Part shown: in pieces, positions 12,216-26,353 of the stretch
Numbering within the stretch: position 1 is the stretch's first letter
Layout of the letters: each line of letters opens with the position of its first letter
Made by a program: the position numbers and the translations under genes
Notes under the pieces: model-generated
Seen by the model: the letters and a program-made list of their open reading frames with translations, nothing else
Database searches by the model: none
What the model was told of the DNA's origin: nothing
Assembly: GCF_006345805.1 (NCBI RefSeq)
Contig: NC_043001.1
Span: forward strand, 86,366,001-86,430,000
Direction: 5' to 3'
DNA length: 64,000 bases
Source: Octopus sinensis
Taxonomy: Eukaryota

Positions 12216-12489
12216 GACCATGACAGCTATTCTTCAAATATGGTACATCTAGGAATATATTATACAATGTGTTCTTTTATCTTGGTTAGTAGGGTGTGAT
12301 CTGTGTGAAGGTGAGTTATTATTTCTGGCACGTCAAGTAGGTCATGTTTGCTGGATCATCACGATTTAGAGTTGTCTTCAAATGAATGTAATATATTTTC
12401 AACCTAGCTGACAATAGACTTTACAGTAAATAATCTGTTTCTATCTCAATAAGATTGGAATAGTTGTGTCACCACTTATATCACAAATA

Positions 12490-13377
12490 CGAGGTGGTAT
12501 CAAGAAGTTCCCAGATTAGTTCTGTAGCGCGCTAACAGGTGGCAGCACACGGTTGCATGTGCTGTGAGAACTAGCAATGGCCTTCATGAGGCAGTGTGCT
12601 AAGTGTATACTTCGCAAGTTGTGAAATTTGTGATTTTGTGATTACTTGTATGCTGTAGTCTGCGATTTTGTCATGGACAGGATCAATGAGCCAACGGAAA
12701 ACTTTATGTTAAACTTGGAAAGTCTGTTATAGAGACATTAAGCATGCTTGGGATAGCTTATGTCGACGAGGCAATGGGTTGCACGCAGTTTCGAGTAGTG
12801 CAGGCGCTTCAAAAGCGGAAGAACCTGCCAAGAAGACGATGAGCGATCTGGAAGACTACCACGTGTGTCACCCCACCCCACCGGAAATGTGGTATTGTGC
12901 ATCGAGAATTAGTCCCCCAGGGTCGAAAGTTCTACAGCGACGTCTTGAGGCGTTTGAGGGACGAAAGCGCCCGGATTTGTGGAGCGTGAAGTATTGGATT
13001 CTTTACGACGACAATGCACCCTGTCACTGAGTACTCCTCACTCGTGAGTTTCTTGCCAATAGCAACATAGTATCGCTTCTGCATCCGCTGTATTTGACAG
13101 ATTTAGCCCCTACGGACTTCCATATTTTTCCCAGCATGAGAATGCAGTTCATAGTTCACCGTTTTAACACCGCTGTCGGGATTCAGAGGGAATTGTAGGT
13201 CTTCGACTCGCTTACGGAAAATTACTTCCAGGCTGGATTCCAAATGTGACAGAAACTCTGGGACTGGTGTATTGCTGCGCAAGGTGACTACTTCGAAGGC
13301 GATGTTGTTAAAACTTAGGAAAATACGTTATTTTTTATTAAACAAAACTAGTCTGAGAACCTTTTGCTACCACTTCG
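12490..13377 (+). mobile_element. Mariner relic with both TIRs and TA target duplication
   Basis: TA-CGAGGTGGTATCAAGAAGTTCCCAGA versus TCTGAGAACCTTTTGCTACCACTTCG-TA; WILYDDNAPCH and LAPTDFHIFP motifs. Confidence 0.85.
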
Positions 13378-14078
13378 TACCAGCAAGCAATTATACGACT
13401 GATATACGAAACATTTATTGATATCGATGCCGCAGTGACTCGTCCATCTACGACTACTATGAGAAAAACCACATGTATATATAGATTTTTGAGATAGACA
13501 TATCCTACTCTATATCTACTGTCCTAATAATTTTTTTATGAATGTGTGTCTAACCGTAGGATTCACTCTCAATACAGCCCACCATTTTTCTTTTTCGACA
13601 AGACAAAAATGTTTTTAGTATGATATCGCAGTATCAAATTATTTGGGAGTATCTAATCGACACAACCTAAAACATACCAATCTTATGCCTAACATGCTCT
13701 ACCTCCTGAATCTTCAAGGAGGTAGCATTGTAAGTCTTCTCACCTCCAGAAATGCAGCCACTTGAATCTTCATATTTCTTTAAAGATTTTCATCTTTGCA
13801 GAATAGTCTTATTGGATGCTCTTGCTTGTAATGCCTCTTCATTAAAAATTGATTTATAAATAACACTCAGTTATATCGACCACATTAGTCATACAAACAG
13901 CAGAACAATATTTTGTTGACACATTCAAGATAACCTGTCTCAATATTTGCATCAGACAGTTACCTGCATATGAAAATTCTATGATCATTTGAGTCTAGTA
14001 TAAGAACAGATTCTGACGGATCTATCTTCTTATTTCTAAACAGAGCATTTTCAAGTAAGTTCCAAATGAAATACTCTA

Positions 14079-14112
<34 letters not shown>

Positions 14113-14222
14113 CTCTCTCTCTCTCTTTTCTCTCTCTCTCTCTCTTTTCTCTCTCTCTCTCTCTCTCTTTCTCTCATTCTTGCTCTCTGTTAGTATAGAT
14201 CCCAACTGATAAAGATATCCAT

Positions 14223-14550
14223 TTGTCTTTTTTTTGAAAGGTTTTAACCTTCTTAAGCTTGTTTTTCATGATATCCATTTTGTCTTTTTTTGAAAGTTTT
14301 AACCTTCTTAAGCTTGTTTTTCATCCCACCAGTTCAGTTTTCCATTCCACCATACTTTCCGTCACAAAACACGTTACATATATCCTTTTGTCTTTTTTTG
14401 AAAGTTTTAACCTTCTTAAGCTTGTTTTTCATCCCACAGTTCAGTTTTCATTCCACCATACTTTCCGTCACAAAACTAAGCTTGTTTTTCATCCCACCAG
14501 TTCAGTTTTCCATTCCACCATACTTTCCGTCACAAAACACGTTACATTCC
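14223..14550. repeat. Irregular local tandem repeat (about 90-105 bp units, nested partial copies)
   Basis: TTGTCTTTTTTGAAAGTTTTAACCTTCTTAAGCTTGTTTTTCAT and CCCACCAGTTCAGTTTTCCATTCCACC blocks each recur about three times. Confidence 0.85.
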
Positions 14551-14678
14551 TTGTATTTTCCCACTTCAATTCATCATAGTTGTTTATTTTTTCTTCTTCT
14601 TTCACATTGACCCTGTTGTCACTATGTCGATTATCAAGCAATATATTAATTTGACGCTCGGTGAAAGAAGAGATTTGC

Positions 14679-14714
14679 TGTTAAGGTTTCGAGCATAGCT
14701 CTTTGTCAGAAACA
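14679..14714 (-). ncRNA. Decayed minimal type I hammerhead motif, same family as 4711
   Basis: Minus strand: TGTTT-CTGACAA-A-GAGC-TAT-GCTC-GAA-ACCT-T-AACA; the flanks are homologous to 4625-4800. Confidence 0.5.
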
Positions 14715-16454
14715 GGAAAGTCCAAAGAGAAAGGAAAGGAAAATCGCCAACAGTCCACGTATGGTTATACACACGTATACACACACACACACACACACAT
14801 GTACACACACACACATGTACGCACATGTAATGATACGAAATTGGTGACCTTAATATAAGCAAGAAGAGGTTAATTATTACGTTTATGACAAAGCAGAACC
14901 ATATTAAGGATGAAAAATTGATTTTATCTTTAGAAAAATATTTATCACCAAGCCATCATTAAGCATGTTTTTGTGCTGTTATAAAATTCAAATACATATA
15001 TAAAATTCAAGTACATATATACATGTGATATATCACATTTAAACACAAACATTTTTATTCTGATGTTTAATCTTATATCTCACATTCTGTATTTGACACA
15101 TACTTGATTTTACATGATTTATATAATAATTCATATTTATAATGTATAATTTATAAATTTTAATTTTTAATATTACAAAGTATAATTTTTATTCTTAATT
15201 TTCAATTCTTAATTTTTAATCTTTAATGCTTAATTGCATTGCTTATTTTTAAAGGGATGTAAAATTAGATATATAATATTATGAAATAGAACCTGTGTAT
15301 ATGTATATATACTGTAATCTTCCAATAGTGAAACACGTGTAGTTCCTTCATATTTAATAAATATAAGTATTAACTAAAATAGGATATAACTAATGAAGCA
15401 TATTAAATAACCAGCTGGTAATTTTGGTTATATCCTTTATGCATTATTTCGTGATGTGCAAACTGATACTATGAGTTTACTGTCAGATATACTCATTAGG
15501 TTATTTTTGTATTATCTGAAATAGAATACCCGCATATCGGTTAACCCCACAAAAAATTAATTATATTTAGATATCTAGATACTTATGTGAAGAGAGCAGG
15601 TTCGGAAAATCCTTTATGTCATCTGTTCAAAATGTTCCATGGAATTAAATAAACTGTATAACATTTGATAAGCGTTTATAAAATTACCAAAATTATTTAA
15701 AAGGCGGACGCCTATGAATCAGAAGAATCGACAGAGAAAAGATACATTTTGCAGGTTTTAAACACGCTGTGAAATCTGTGTATTCAAATTTTCTATACAT
15801 TATAACAAGCCATGATATTTTCCAATCTTTCCAACTTTTCATAAATACTTTTTAATTTTTTTTTCTTTGTATCTCCGAAACAATAATTTCTTCAGTCCCT
15901 TTCAGTTACTGAGTATCTATTTTCATCAACTCTTTGTTTCGTACCTGGTTGCACACAGTAGATTTCATTCTCAGTCCGTTCGGTGTAGTGTGTCTATGAG
16001 TGAGTCACTAGTTTTATTACGCTCAACTGAAGGTGAGCACCATTTGCACCTGGGAATTAACCTGTGAAGGACAAGAGTTCTCTACCTTCAGTATTAAACA
16101 CCTCGTAAACCAAGATAAACTTTGGCCTCGCGAGACTGTAGAGACGTAACAGAATCTTCTCGGAGTTCTTTGAAGTATGCTTTTATGTATTTTCTTTTAA
16201 CTTTTCCGAATTTTGAAATAAAAGATAGCGAATTCCATTTACATTTTTTGAAAATATTTTCAAATATTTTTCCAATTTTGTTTATTCTTATCAACCTTGA
16301 ATTGATGTAATAAATTTTGCGAATAGTTTCACATTGAAGAAGAAACGAAATTTCCAAAATAGTAGTCTGCAAACATAATGGGAATAAATACTGAAGTTAA
16401 ATAAAATTAATAAGAATGGAGAAAAAAGAATATAAATAGTAACTTTGTTATTTT

Positions 16455-16730
16455 GTGAGTTCGATTCCCGGCGACGCGTTGTGTACTTGAGGGCAAAGAC
16501 ACTTTTATTTTCACGTTTGCTCCAGTCCACCTCAGCTGGCAAAAAGGAGTTGTACTTGTTATTCAAAGGGTCAGCCCTTGTCACTCTCGTGTGTCACGCT
16601 GATTATCCCCGAGAACTACGTTAAGGGTACACGTGTCTGTGAATGCCTCAGCATTTGCACGTTAATTTCACGAGCAAGCTGTTCGTTGATCGTATCAGCT
16701 GGGACCCTCGTCGTCGTAACCGGCGGAGTC
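16455..16730 (+). mobile_element. 5'-truncated SINE (CORE-like family Z variant)
   Basis: GTTCGATTCCCGGCGACGCGTTGTGTACTTGAG...GCTCCAGTCCAC.CAGCTGGCAAAA shared with 34857. Confidence 0.65.
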
Positions 16731-16923
16731 TTTTTTTTTTATATAGTAATACATTTCAGGTGGATATTTTAAAAAGTATTAGATATTTAAAAAACATTCA
16801 GATCATCTACTATTTTGGTGGAAGGTTTTCACTAGATCTTGAATAATCCAAAAGACTAAACCATGCTAAAAGATATATTCTTGGATATAAAGCTTTTGTT
16901 TGGGTTTTTTAACACCGACCCAT

Positions 16924-17343
16924 TTACTCTTTACTCTTTACTCTTTTACTTGTTTCAGTCATTTGACTGCGGCCATGCTGGAGCACCGCCTTTTAGTTGA
17001 GCAACTCGACCCCGGGACTTATTCTTTTGTAAGCCCAGTACTTATTCTAATCTGTCTCTTTTGCCGAACCGCTAAGTGACGGGGACATAAACACACCAGC
17101 ATCGGTTGTCAAGCAATGCTAGGGGGACAAACACAGACACACACACACACACACACATACATATATATATACATATATACGACAGGCTTCTTTCAGTTTC
17201 TGTCTTCCAAATCCACTCACAAGGCATTGGTCGGCCCGGGGCTATAGTAGAAGACACTTGCCCAAGATGCCACGCAGTGGGACTGAACCCGGAACCATGT
17301 GGCTGATTAGCAAGCTACTTACCACACAGCCACTCCTGCGCCT
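16924..17343 (-). mobile_element. SINE family X, full length
   Basis: Reverse complement matches 23798-24185 from head to the (AAGAGT)n tail. Confidence 0.85.
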
Positions 17344-17752
17344 ATATTTCTATCATTTTGTTGCATATTTCTCTTTTCATCGTCAAGAATTTTGTTCTTC
17401 GTTTATGATTCAGAAATGTATCGTTTGCTTCAATAATTTAATTCTGATATCCTCAGATAGGGACTTCTGTGAGAAATTCTATAGGAATTTCTAAAACCAG
17501 CCACATTTATAACAAATATTTAACTTTGCTGAAAACAGCAGATTGACGTGCAGAGTAAAAGGGATATGCATTACAAATTACAAACAAGAAATAACGCCCA
17601 AAAATCTATTTATATAATTCGTAATCTAAGATGTTTTTCTACTTCCATGCGTTATCTTGAAAATGTTTTTTATCGATGATTCATTTGATAACTGACATTC
17701 ATAAAAGTAAATCAGTTGCTGTTGCTATAGTTGTTGTTGTTGCTACTGTTAA

Positions 17753-17753
<1 letters not shown>

Positions 17754-17796
<43 letters not shown>

Positions 17797-17852
17797 TTCT
17801 TCTTCTTCTTCTTCTTCTTCTTCTTCTTCTTCTTCTTCTTCTTCTTCTTCTT
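17754..17852. repeat. (CTT)n microsatellite
   Basis: Trinucleotide run. Confidence 0.95.
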
Positions 17853-17886
17853 GTGTAGGCCTGGGTTAGCCCTGATCTACCTTATC

Positions 17887-18119
17887 TGTTTCTTTACTAC
17901 CCACAAGGGGCTAAACATAGAGGGGACAAACAAGGACAGACAAACGGATTAAGTCGATTATATCGACCCCAGTGCGTAACTGGTACTTAATTTATCGACC
18001 CCGAAAGGATGAAAGGCAAAGTCGACCTTGGTGGAATTTGAACACAGAACGTAACGGCAGACGAAATACCGCGAAGCACTTCGCCCGGCATGATAACGTC
18101 TCTAACAGCTCACCGCCTT
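17887..18119 (-). mobile_element. SINE family Y, full length with 18-bp TSD
   Basis: GCCCTGATCTACCTTATC is repeated at 17869-17886 and 18120-18137. Confidence 0.9.
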
Positions 18120-18509
18120 GCCCTGATCTACCTTATCAGCGACACGCCGGATAGTCGGTGAACGACATGAGGCCACAAACGAATCCATGTTCCAAATTAC
18201 TGTTAGTCTTGCCTGAGTACCATACTACATATTCCGACATTCATTAATAAATCGTATCGGATAAAGTATGACAGTCTGGATAAGTTGAACTCCCCCTATC
18301 ACCCACCCACTATCGGTACACACATACAAATGACCTATCTTATTTTTCTACAACTGCAGATGTAGCGAAATAAAAATGTCGCTGGGGGTTCTGCAGATGA
18401 AGAGAAATCTCTATTGGCCACAGATTCGCAGAATAAGGGGAACTTTACCAAGAATGTGAAATTATTTGTTCCTTTGCTGATCTCAACAGTCCAACTCTCT
18501 CTCTCTCCT

Positions 18510-18539
<30 letters not shown>

Positions 18540-18541
<2 letters not shown>

Positions 18542-18672
18542 TCTACTCACAAGGCTTTGGTCGGCCCGAGGTTGTAGTAGAAAACACTTGCTCAAGGTGC
18601 CACTCAGTGGGACTGAACCTGGAACCATGTGGTTGGGAAGCAAGCTTCTTACCACACAGCCACGCCTGCGCC
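18540..18672 (-). mobile_element. SINE family X, 5' part
   Basis: Reverse-complement match to the family head. Confidence 0.75.
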
Positions 18673-18850
18673 TATGTATATATTCACAATGATCCATGTA
18701 TATATCCACAACAGTCAATGTTATTAGACCTGTCGGGGTTGCAGAATATAAAGGCCATGTCAAACTTTAAATTTTACAACGGAAACAAGCGGGCGCACCA
18801 CACAACACACACACACACACACAACACATATATATATATATACATATATA

Positions 18851-18927
<77 letters not shown>

Positions 18928-19530
18928 AGGAAAACGGAAAATGGATTTTGTAAGAATCTTTATCCAACATGACGATCATTTCGACATCCTGCAGCTGTAT
19001 CTTACGGGTATCGTGCATTTAGTTGTGTCGCATCAATCAATGCAGTCTCTGTCGCCAGAGGTGTTTGGCGTAAAAAGGCATCCTATTACATATACTGAGT
19101 ACCCCTTGGCATAATGTACTCGCTCGAAGTATGTGGATACGCTGACGGAGGGTAGAATAATTTTGGGGTTATTACCTGCAAATGGATCTGGCTACAGTTG
19201 ACAGTGAATATATCACATAAATTAAAATGATAAAGGATAGAGAATGAAATCTGCCAAAGGGTACGAATTAAAAGTTAAAAGGAAGAAGGATAATGTGAAG
19301 TATATTTGCCACTTAAATGTGGCTAACCACTAAGGGTGGATGCTCCTGTAGCTTGTAGCCCCAGGAGAACATCTTCTCCAGCTGGCAATTGACACACTTT
19401 TTGTGCCCTATCAGTATTTGCAAAGGGAAGCCATCCTTATACCTCGTTCAGAGATTTATTATTGGAAGAAGGGTAGATATACTCTAATTGACCATGAAAA
19501 CACATATAGACACATACAGACGTACACATA

Positions 19531-19562
<32 letters not shown>

Positions 19563-19860
19563 CACACTCACACGTGCTGCCAAGGGAATGGCATTTAATG
19601 TGGTCATGAACAACCATGATGGTCGTATTAGAAGCAGACAGACAAATGGTATCTAGCTCCCCGCTGCGTGGCAAATTCTACAGTCAGTTACATATGACTA
19701 AGCTAGCACGTTAGGGGGTCGTTCGCCGGACACGCCAAAGCCCACTTGTAAACGTCTATAATTCAGGTGTATAATCACACCTCATGAAGTGTATCTAAAT
19801 ATTTATTCATCCACGCATGCACCATATAGATGTATTTAAATGTGCATATAAAATAAAATA

Positions 19861-20110
19861 AATGCGCCCTTTTAAAGCCTAGCCAGGCTCATGGGCCCGG
19901 TTTCCCGGTTTCAATGGCGTATGTGTTCCCCAGCTGGATAGGACGCCAGTCCATCGCAGCGTTACTCATTTTTGCCAGCTGAGTGGACTGGAGCAACGTG
20001 AAATGAAGTGTTTTGCTCAAGAACACAACCCGTCGCCCAGTCCAGCAATCAAAACCACAATCTTACGATCATGATGCTGACACCCTAACCACTAAGCCAC
20101 GCGCCTCCAC
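19861..20110 (-). mobile_element. SINE family Z, full length
   Basis: Reverse complement of 34857-35105. Confidence 0.85.
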
Positions 20111-20568
20111 TAAACGTCCATATAAATAGCTGTATTTTCGCATTTACACACATCAGTGGCACACAGACACACTCTCATGGTTGCATAAATAAAGAGACAA
20201 TAATCGCAATACACATCGTATAGAATAACGATTCGTATCATATCCATTATCCATTTCAATCATCAATTATAAACTAAATCAACACTGCAGAATTCATGAT
20301 GTAGATCCAGTGAAAATGATACCGTGACTATGAATGACATCAGATAGCCCAAACGGTGAATGAGCTTTAATCGGCATACCAATAGACATATATATACATA
20401 GACACACACAAACACACACACACACACATATACACGGTTTTAAAGCTGCGGTCTTGCATATATACGAAAAGGCATAAACAACATTTTGTTAACCTGGTAT
20501 TAAGAAAAAGATAGTGAAGCATTTTGCCCGGATTCACAATCCCTTATGCATAACACTTTATTAATGTG

Positions 20569-20600
<32 letters not shown>

Positions 20601-20971
20601 ACGTTTTCCTTTAACATAGTTTCTAAAACGTAATTTGAGATATTTCTCCACAACAGAATTTAACCTATCCCATTGGTTCTAATTGAGATAACTATTCTTA
20701 AGGCATTTTATTCAATAGCTGCTTATGTTTCAGAATTTAGATTTGACAAATCCTGTTTCAGTTCCGTCATTCCACAATATAAATAACTCAGGGTTTACAA
20801 GAGATTCTTAATGCTATGTATACGTATTCAGTATGTATAAGTGTTCGTTTGTAAGTAAATATATTTGTTGACTGTTAACCACGCTGTTTAGAGATATTTT
20901 ATAACATTTTGAAAAGTAATTCTTTAAAGAAATATTTGAAAACAGAGGAAATTGAAAGAATCGCTAACAAA

Positions 20972-21049
20972 ATGGCTCCGCGCTTGTTATTTGTAATGTT
21001 CGGTGCTGTATATTATTTGGGGATAACAGCCAATGGAGAAACTGTTCAA
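20972..21049 (+). CDS. ITIH: ITIH-like gene B exon 1, signal peptide (MAPRLLFVMFGAVYYLGITANGETVQ)
   Basis: AAAATGG start context, hydrophobic leader, donor gtaagt, phase 0. Confidence 0.7.
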
Positions 21050-21391
21050 GTAAGTCAATATTATACTAATTATTTTAAAGAAATCTTACTGTCATTTAGT
21101 GTCATTGATTTTACAGTATTTTCTGAAGAGAGCGAGTTAATATCATAGTTTCTGTCATTTTCCAGCATCAATTTTTATTGCAGATTTTATTTCGATAATT
21201 AGCTGACATTCGAGGCCATATAGTTAGAACTGGTAGAAATCGAACTCGTCTATTGAAGCTAGAGTAATATTCTCTTGTTATAAATCATATCGAATGTTTA
21301 ATCTAACATTTTCTATTCAATGATTATGAACCTATTAGTGATCAGGTTAGACAATAAGCGCTTTATCGTGCTTCTTAGCAATACTTAACTA

Positions 21392-22739
21392 CGAGAAAGT
21401 ACCCAAAACCGGAAATTTTGCGATATTATTTTATTCACTCAGTTTTACATATTTACACATTTATCACCTTCTCCATTTGAAGCAATGCATCGGTCCAGAT
21501 GCGTTTTCGACTGTTCGAAGCAATCCTAGAACTCTTGCGAAGTGATGCCTTTTAACGCCTCGGTCGTTTTTTCTGTTTTTTTTTTTATTCACCTCTTCCA
21601 CATCTGCAAAACGTTTTCCTTTAAAGATTTCTTTCATTCAGGGAAACAAAAAAGTTGCAAGAAGCAAGATCGGGTGAATAGGAAGGGTGGGTTAGCGGGG
21701 TCATGCTATTTTTGGTCAAAAACTGTCACATACTCAAAACGGTGTGCGAAGATGCATTGTCGTGATGAAACCACCACTCTCCACTTTGCCATTAGTTGCG
21801 GAGTTTTCGTCTCGCCGTGTCTCGCAAGCGCTTCAGAACTGCCAATTAAAACATCTGGTTAACAGTTTGACCAGGAAGAACAAATGCTGTGTGGCCAATT
21901 CCTTTCGCGTCGACGAAACAAATCAGCATCGTCTTGACATTGGACTTCACTTGACACGATTTTTGGGAGCGTGGTGATATTGAATGCTCCCGTTGACTTG
22001 ATAGCTGCTTTGTTTCTGGGTCGTAGCCGTAGCACCAGCTTTCGTCACCACTGATTACCTTAGAAAGGTTCGGATCAGCTTCCAACTGTTCTTTCAGTTC
22101 GCGACATGCATTCAGTTGTGAATGTTTTTGATCTTCCGTGAGCAAGTGAGAGACAAATTTTGCTGCAACTCTTTTTATTCTCAGTTCGCCACTCAAAATT
22201 CGTCGGCAGGAGTTTCAGGACACACCAGTCATATCAACAAGTTTGTCAGTTGTTCGGTGACATTTCCCCAAGATAAATTCATGGATTTTCGTGATGTTTT
22301 CATTCTTTGACGGTCACCTTGAACGAGGTTGGTCTTCAAGCGACAAGTGACCTTTACTAAAGTGTGAAAAACACTCTAAAACGAGGTTGGTCTTCAAGCG
22401 ACAAGTGACCTTTACTAAAGTGTGAAAAACACTCTTAAACTTGTGTTTTGCTTATGGCAGTGTCCTTGTAAGCTGTTTGTAGCATAAGAACTGTTTCGGC
22501 GACCGGATTTCACGGAAGCACGCTGTTCCTTCGCTTCAGCCATCGCAAAAGTCGACGAACAGGGGAGAAGCATTACAAAACAAAAACTCACCACATGGTA
22601 GTACGAGTCCACCTAATGACGCCGGTCGGCATGACTGATGCCTGAGAGTCGCATCAAGTGGCCTCTAGCCGTGGAGGCCTGAACTACAACGGGTTTATAT
22701 CGCAGAGAACCTTTCCGATTACTTTTTCGTACCCCGTCG
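21392..22739 (-). mobile_element. Mariner element, degenerate near-full length
   Basis: RVAAKFVSHLLT, GDESWCYGYDPETKQ and KTMLICF motifs; TA-CGA termini; internal 58-bp tandem duplication at 22322-22438. Confidence 0.9.
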
Positions 22740-23797
22740 TATATATTTACTACATGAATATTTGCGCAATACTTGCAGTTTCAATGCTAATTTGTTTGGA
22801 TAGATGAGAGTTATTACATCTTTGAAGTATTTGTTTTGTAATCTAATACCATTTATTATTTCCATGTTGAACCGATTATTTCAGAAAAAAGTTTTCTATA
22901 GAGAAAATTTACAAAAGATCGTTTTAAAATTCCTTATAAGTTTTTTTTTTTCTGCCTGAATTGAAAAATTATCTGCTAAATATAATAAATCTATTTAATA
23001 ATACATAAGCACCTGACAGAATTATTTAAAGTTTTGTAAGATTTGACGTTCGGCTAAATCTTAGTAAAATATCTACATATTTTATTATTAACGTTTCATT
23101 TACCACACTCCCTCGAAAAATAACTGCTAAACAGCAGCACCTGGCTCACTTTGACACCCATTTCGTTGAAAACTGCACACAAAATAAAGTTATTTTGCAG
23201 CGAGGTTTGCATGTCTATGAACTATACAAGTATCACAATGGATATACTACGAATGAATTCAGACCCTACTCGGTTTCATGTTGATACATCCTCTCGCTAT
23301 TCCACAATGGGCGCTGTATTTAAATTAGGCCTCGACGATGATGCCTCTTTCTGTCACAACCGGGGCCTTTTAGCTTCGACCACTGTAGCCTAACTCTTCC
23401 GTTTTAAAGAGTTGGAGTCAGTTACTGATCTGTGACGTTACAGGTAATGGCATTTTCCCAGTTCCAACCCAGTCGCTTAAACCCGGGTCCTACTGCACAG
23501 CGATAATCTCAGGAGCAGCTGTTGGCTTTACGGAAGAGCAGAAGATAAATCAGTACGCGTTACTAATGGACAGAATCCTTTACGCACCAGGCGCTGTGCA
23601 GATCTCAAGCGTAATGGAGCAACGGACTACCCTATCCATCTGTAAATCTGGCATAAAGACCTTGTGTTTAAAAAAGATAGCTGCTGAGGATAAAGTGACC
23701 TGAAGCTGGGATATCACAGATTTTTCTTTGTAACAGGGATAGTCTATCTCCAGAGATATTTTATCTCACGTAGGTGAGATAAAAATTATTTAACAGC

Positions 23798-24185
23798 GTA
23801 GGAGTGGTTGTGTGGTAAGTAGCTTGCTTACCAACCACATGGTTCCGGGTTCAGTCCCACTGCATGGCACCTTGGGCAAGTGTCTTCTACTATAGCCTCG
23901 GGCCGACCAAAGCCTTGTAAGTGGATTTGGAAGACGGAAACTGAAAGAAGCCCGTCATATATATGTATATATATATTATGTGTGCTTATGTTTTTGCGTC
24001 TGTGTTTGTCCCCCCAACATCGCTTGACAACCGATGCTGATGTGTTTACGTTCCTTGTAACTTAGCAGTTTGGCAAAGGAGACCAATAGAATAAGTACTA
24101 GGCTTACAAAGAATAAGTCCTGGGGTCGATTTTCTCGACTAAAGGCGGTGCTCTAGCATGGCCATAAAAGAGAATAAAAGAGAGT
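23798..24185 (+). mobile_element. SINE family X, full length
   Basis: tRNA-like head GCGTAGGAGTGG..GTGTGGTAAG..GGTTCAGTCCC; A/G-rich tail. Confidence 0.85.
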
Positions 24186-24324
24186 AACAGAAAATGTGGA
24201 ATTTATGTCTTCAAATATGTTTTCTCTCGGTATCTAGAATTCTTTGCGTATTAATCCTATTTCCTGAATTATGTTCGATATAATTGGTCAGTTGAAATTT
24301 AAAAACAAAAATTCCCTGAATTAT

Positions 24325-25290
24325 GTTCGATATAATTGGTCAGTTGAATTTAAAAACAAAAGACAGCTATACCCCCGTTATACGAGGTAAGATAAATAAA
24401 TAAATAATTGATTGGGAAACTGGTGTATGTTGTAAGGGGCCCTAAAAACGCTTAGGACAGTATATACTAGATTAAAAATAATAAAGATTATGGATTAAAT
24501 ATTAAGAGAGAAACCTATTCGGACATTTAGGAAGTAAGACGGTTAGGGGTGAAAATGGTCTAAAAGTTTTTTTTTAATAGGAACGTGAAATTAGTAAAAA
24601 CAATGAAAAGAATTTATTCCGTAGAAAAATTAGGGAAATAATTATGGTTAAGGAGAGGTAATAACCAAGGTAAGTGGCTTAAATTCAGTGCACCAAATGA
24701 ACAATACTTTTTATGAATGCATGAACAAATTGTAGTAAGAGTTGCATCTGTAAGAATAATTTGCAAGTATTTTAATTTTTAATTTTTAATTATAAATTGT
24801 AATCATTAATTTAATTAGAGATATCTACGTTTACTTATTTAATTGACCACTTGACTGACTGATTTATAGATTGTTTTGTCAATTAGCGGCGAAATTAGCC
24901 GTCTGTTGTACTGGATGGCACACCAACAGTCTCTAATTTAGGCCACTTACCCTGGTTATTACCTCCCCTTAACCATAAATATTTCCCTAATTTTCCTACG
25001 GAATAAATTCTTTTCATTGTTTTTACTAATTTCACGTTACTATATAAAAAAATTTTGGACCATTTTCATCCCTAACCGTCTTATTACCTAAATGTCCAAA
25101 TAGGTTTCTCTCTTAATATTTATTCCATAATATTTATTTTTTAATCTAGTTATATACTGTCCTAAGCGTCTTAGGGCCCCTTACAACATACACCAGTTTC
25201 TCATTCATTTATTTATTTATTTTACCCCGTATAATAGTCTCAATAGCTGGTCTTTTGTTTTTAAATTTCAACTGACCAATTATATCGAAC
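24325..25290. mobile_element. Fold-back/MITE-like element with about 360-bp inverted arms
   Basis: 24325-24685 aligns along its length with the reverse complement of 24935-25290; about 250-bp AT-rich spacer. Confidence 0.85.
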
Positions 25291-25710
25291 GTTGGACCTT
25301 GGCCTATCTCACTTCAGACAACAGGTGGAAGGGCTTAACCACCTACTAGTAAATAAATTTTTAAAATTACATTTAATCGATTAGCACTTTATTGTGATAA
25401 ATACTATTAATTAGTACTATAAACGTAATCATTATAAATTATTATGATTAATCTAAAACCTTATTGTATCTTCACTCCTTCTCCGACTAAAACCCATTGA
25501 CGTATCCCGCTATAATTTTTTATTTTTCATTATTTATCCGTCCTACCCCACCACCTCGTTCAAAGTATTAATACACCAAATACTATTATTTTATGCTTAA
25601 TTATATACTTAACATCCCAGTGATACACAAGCAAAATGGTGTAATTACAACCATATTCAAAATGTTCCCTCTTCTTCTCTAGGCTCTACATTTTTTTTAA
25701 TTTATTCTTC

Positions 25711-25820
25711 ACTCTGATGAAGTTCCATGTTTCAGATAGGTTTTATTACCAGATATGATAAATACTTTTAGCATATCAATAACAATGCCATACAACATTG
25801 GAAGCAGAAACAGCTGTTAG
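25711..25820 (+). ncRNA. Degenerate hammerhead motif with long stem II insert
   Basis: CTGATGA at 25714-25720 and GAA-ACAGCTGT-T-AG at 25807-25820; palindromic stem III; stem I only 2 bp. Confidence 0.35.
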
Positions 25821-25966
25821 ATGGGATGCAGACTATTTGTATTGAATTAATAAACAACAATTGATGTAAGTCAATTGCTGTTCATCAATATTTCTCCATT
25901 TTCTGTTTCCTTTAAATTTTGATTCTTGATAAACACATGTCTATCTTTGTTTTTACCTATAATTTA

Positions 25967-26353
25967 TGTCGTGATGAAACCACCACTCTCCACTTTGCCA
26001 TTAGTTGCGGAGTTTTCGTCTCGCCGTGTCTCGCAAGCGCTTCAGAACTGCCAATTAAAACATCTGGTTAACGGTTTGACCAGGAAGAACAAATGCTGTG
26101 TGGCCAATTCCTTTCGCGTCAACGAAACAAATCAGCATCGTCTTGTCATTGGACTTCACTTGACACAATTTTGGGGAGCGTGGTGATATTGAATGCTCCC
26201 GTTGACTTGATAGCTGCTTCGTTTCTGGGTCGTAACCGTAGCACCAGCTTTCGTCACCACTGATTACCTTAGAAAGGTTCGGATCAGCTTCCAACTGTTC
26301 TTTCAGTTCACGACATGCATTCGGTTGTGAATGCTTTTGATCTTCCGTGAGCA
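25967..26353 (-). mobile_element. Internal mariner fragment, near-identical to 21758-22144
   Basis: Direct sequence match over 387 bp. Confidence 0.9.

Noticed and set aside
14223-14550. Direct repeats that might suggest a CRISPR array
   Set aside because: No unique spacers, irregular nested units, eukaryotic context and no cas genes.
15867-16372. Several short ORFs on both strands
   Set aside because: No homology recognised and no consistent exon structure.
23110-23780. More GC-balanced unique-looking stretch with an 80-codon ORF
   Set aside because: No motif recognised; probably an old transposon relic.
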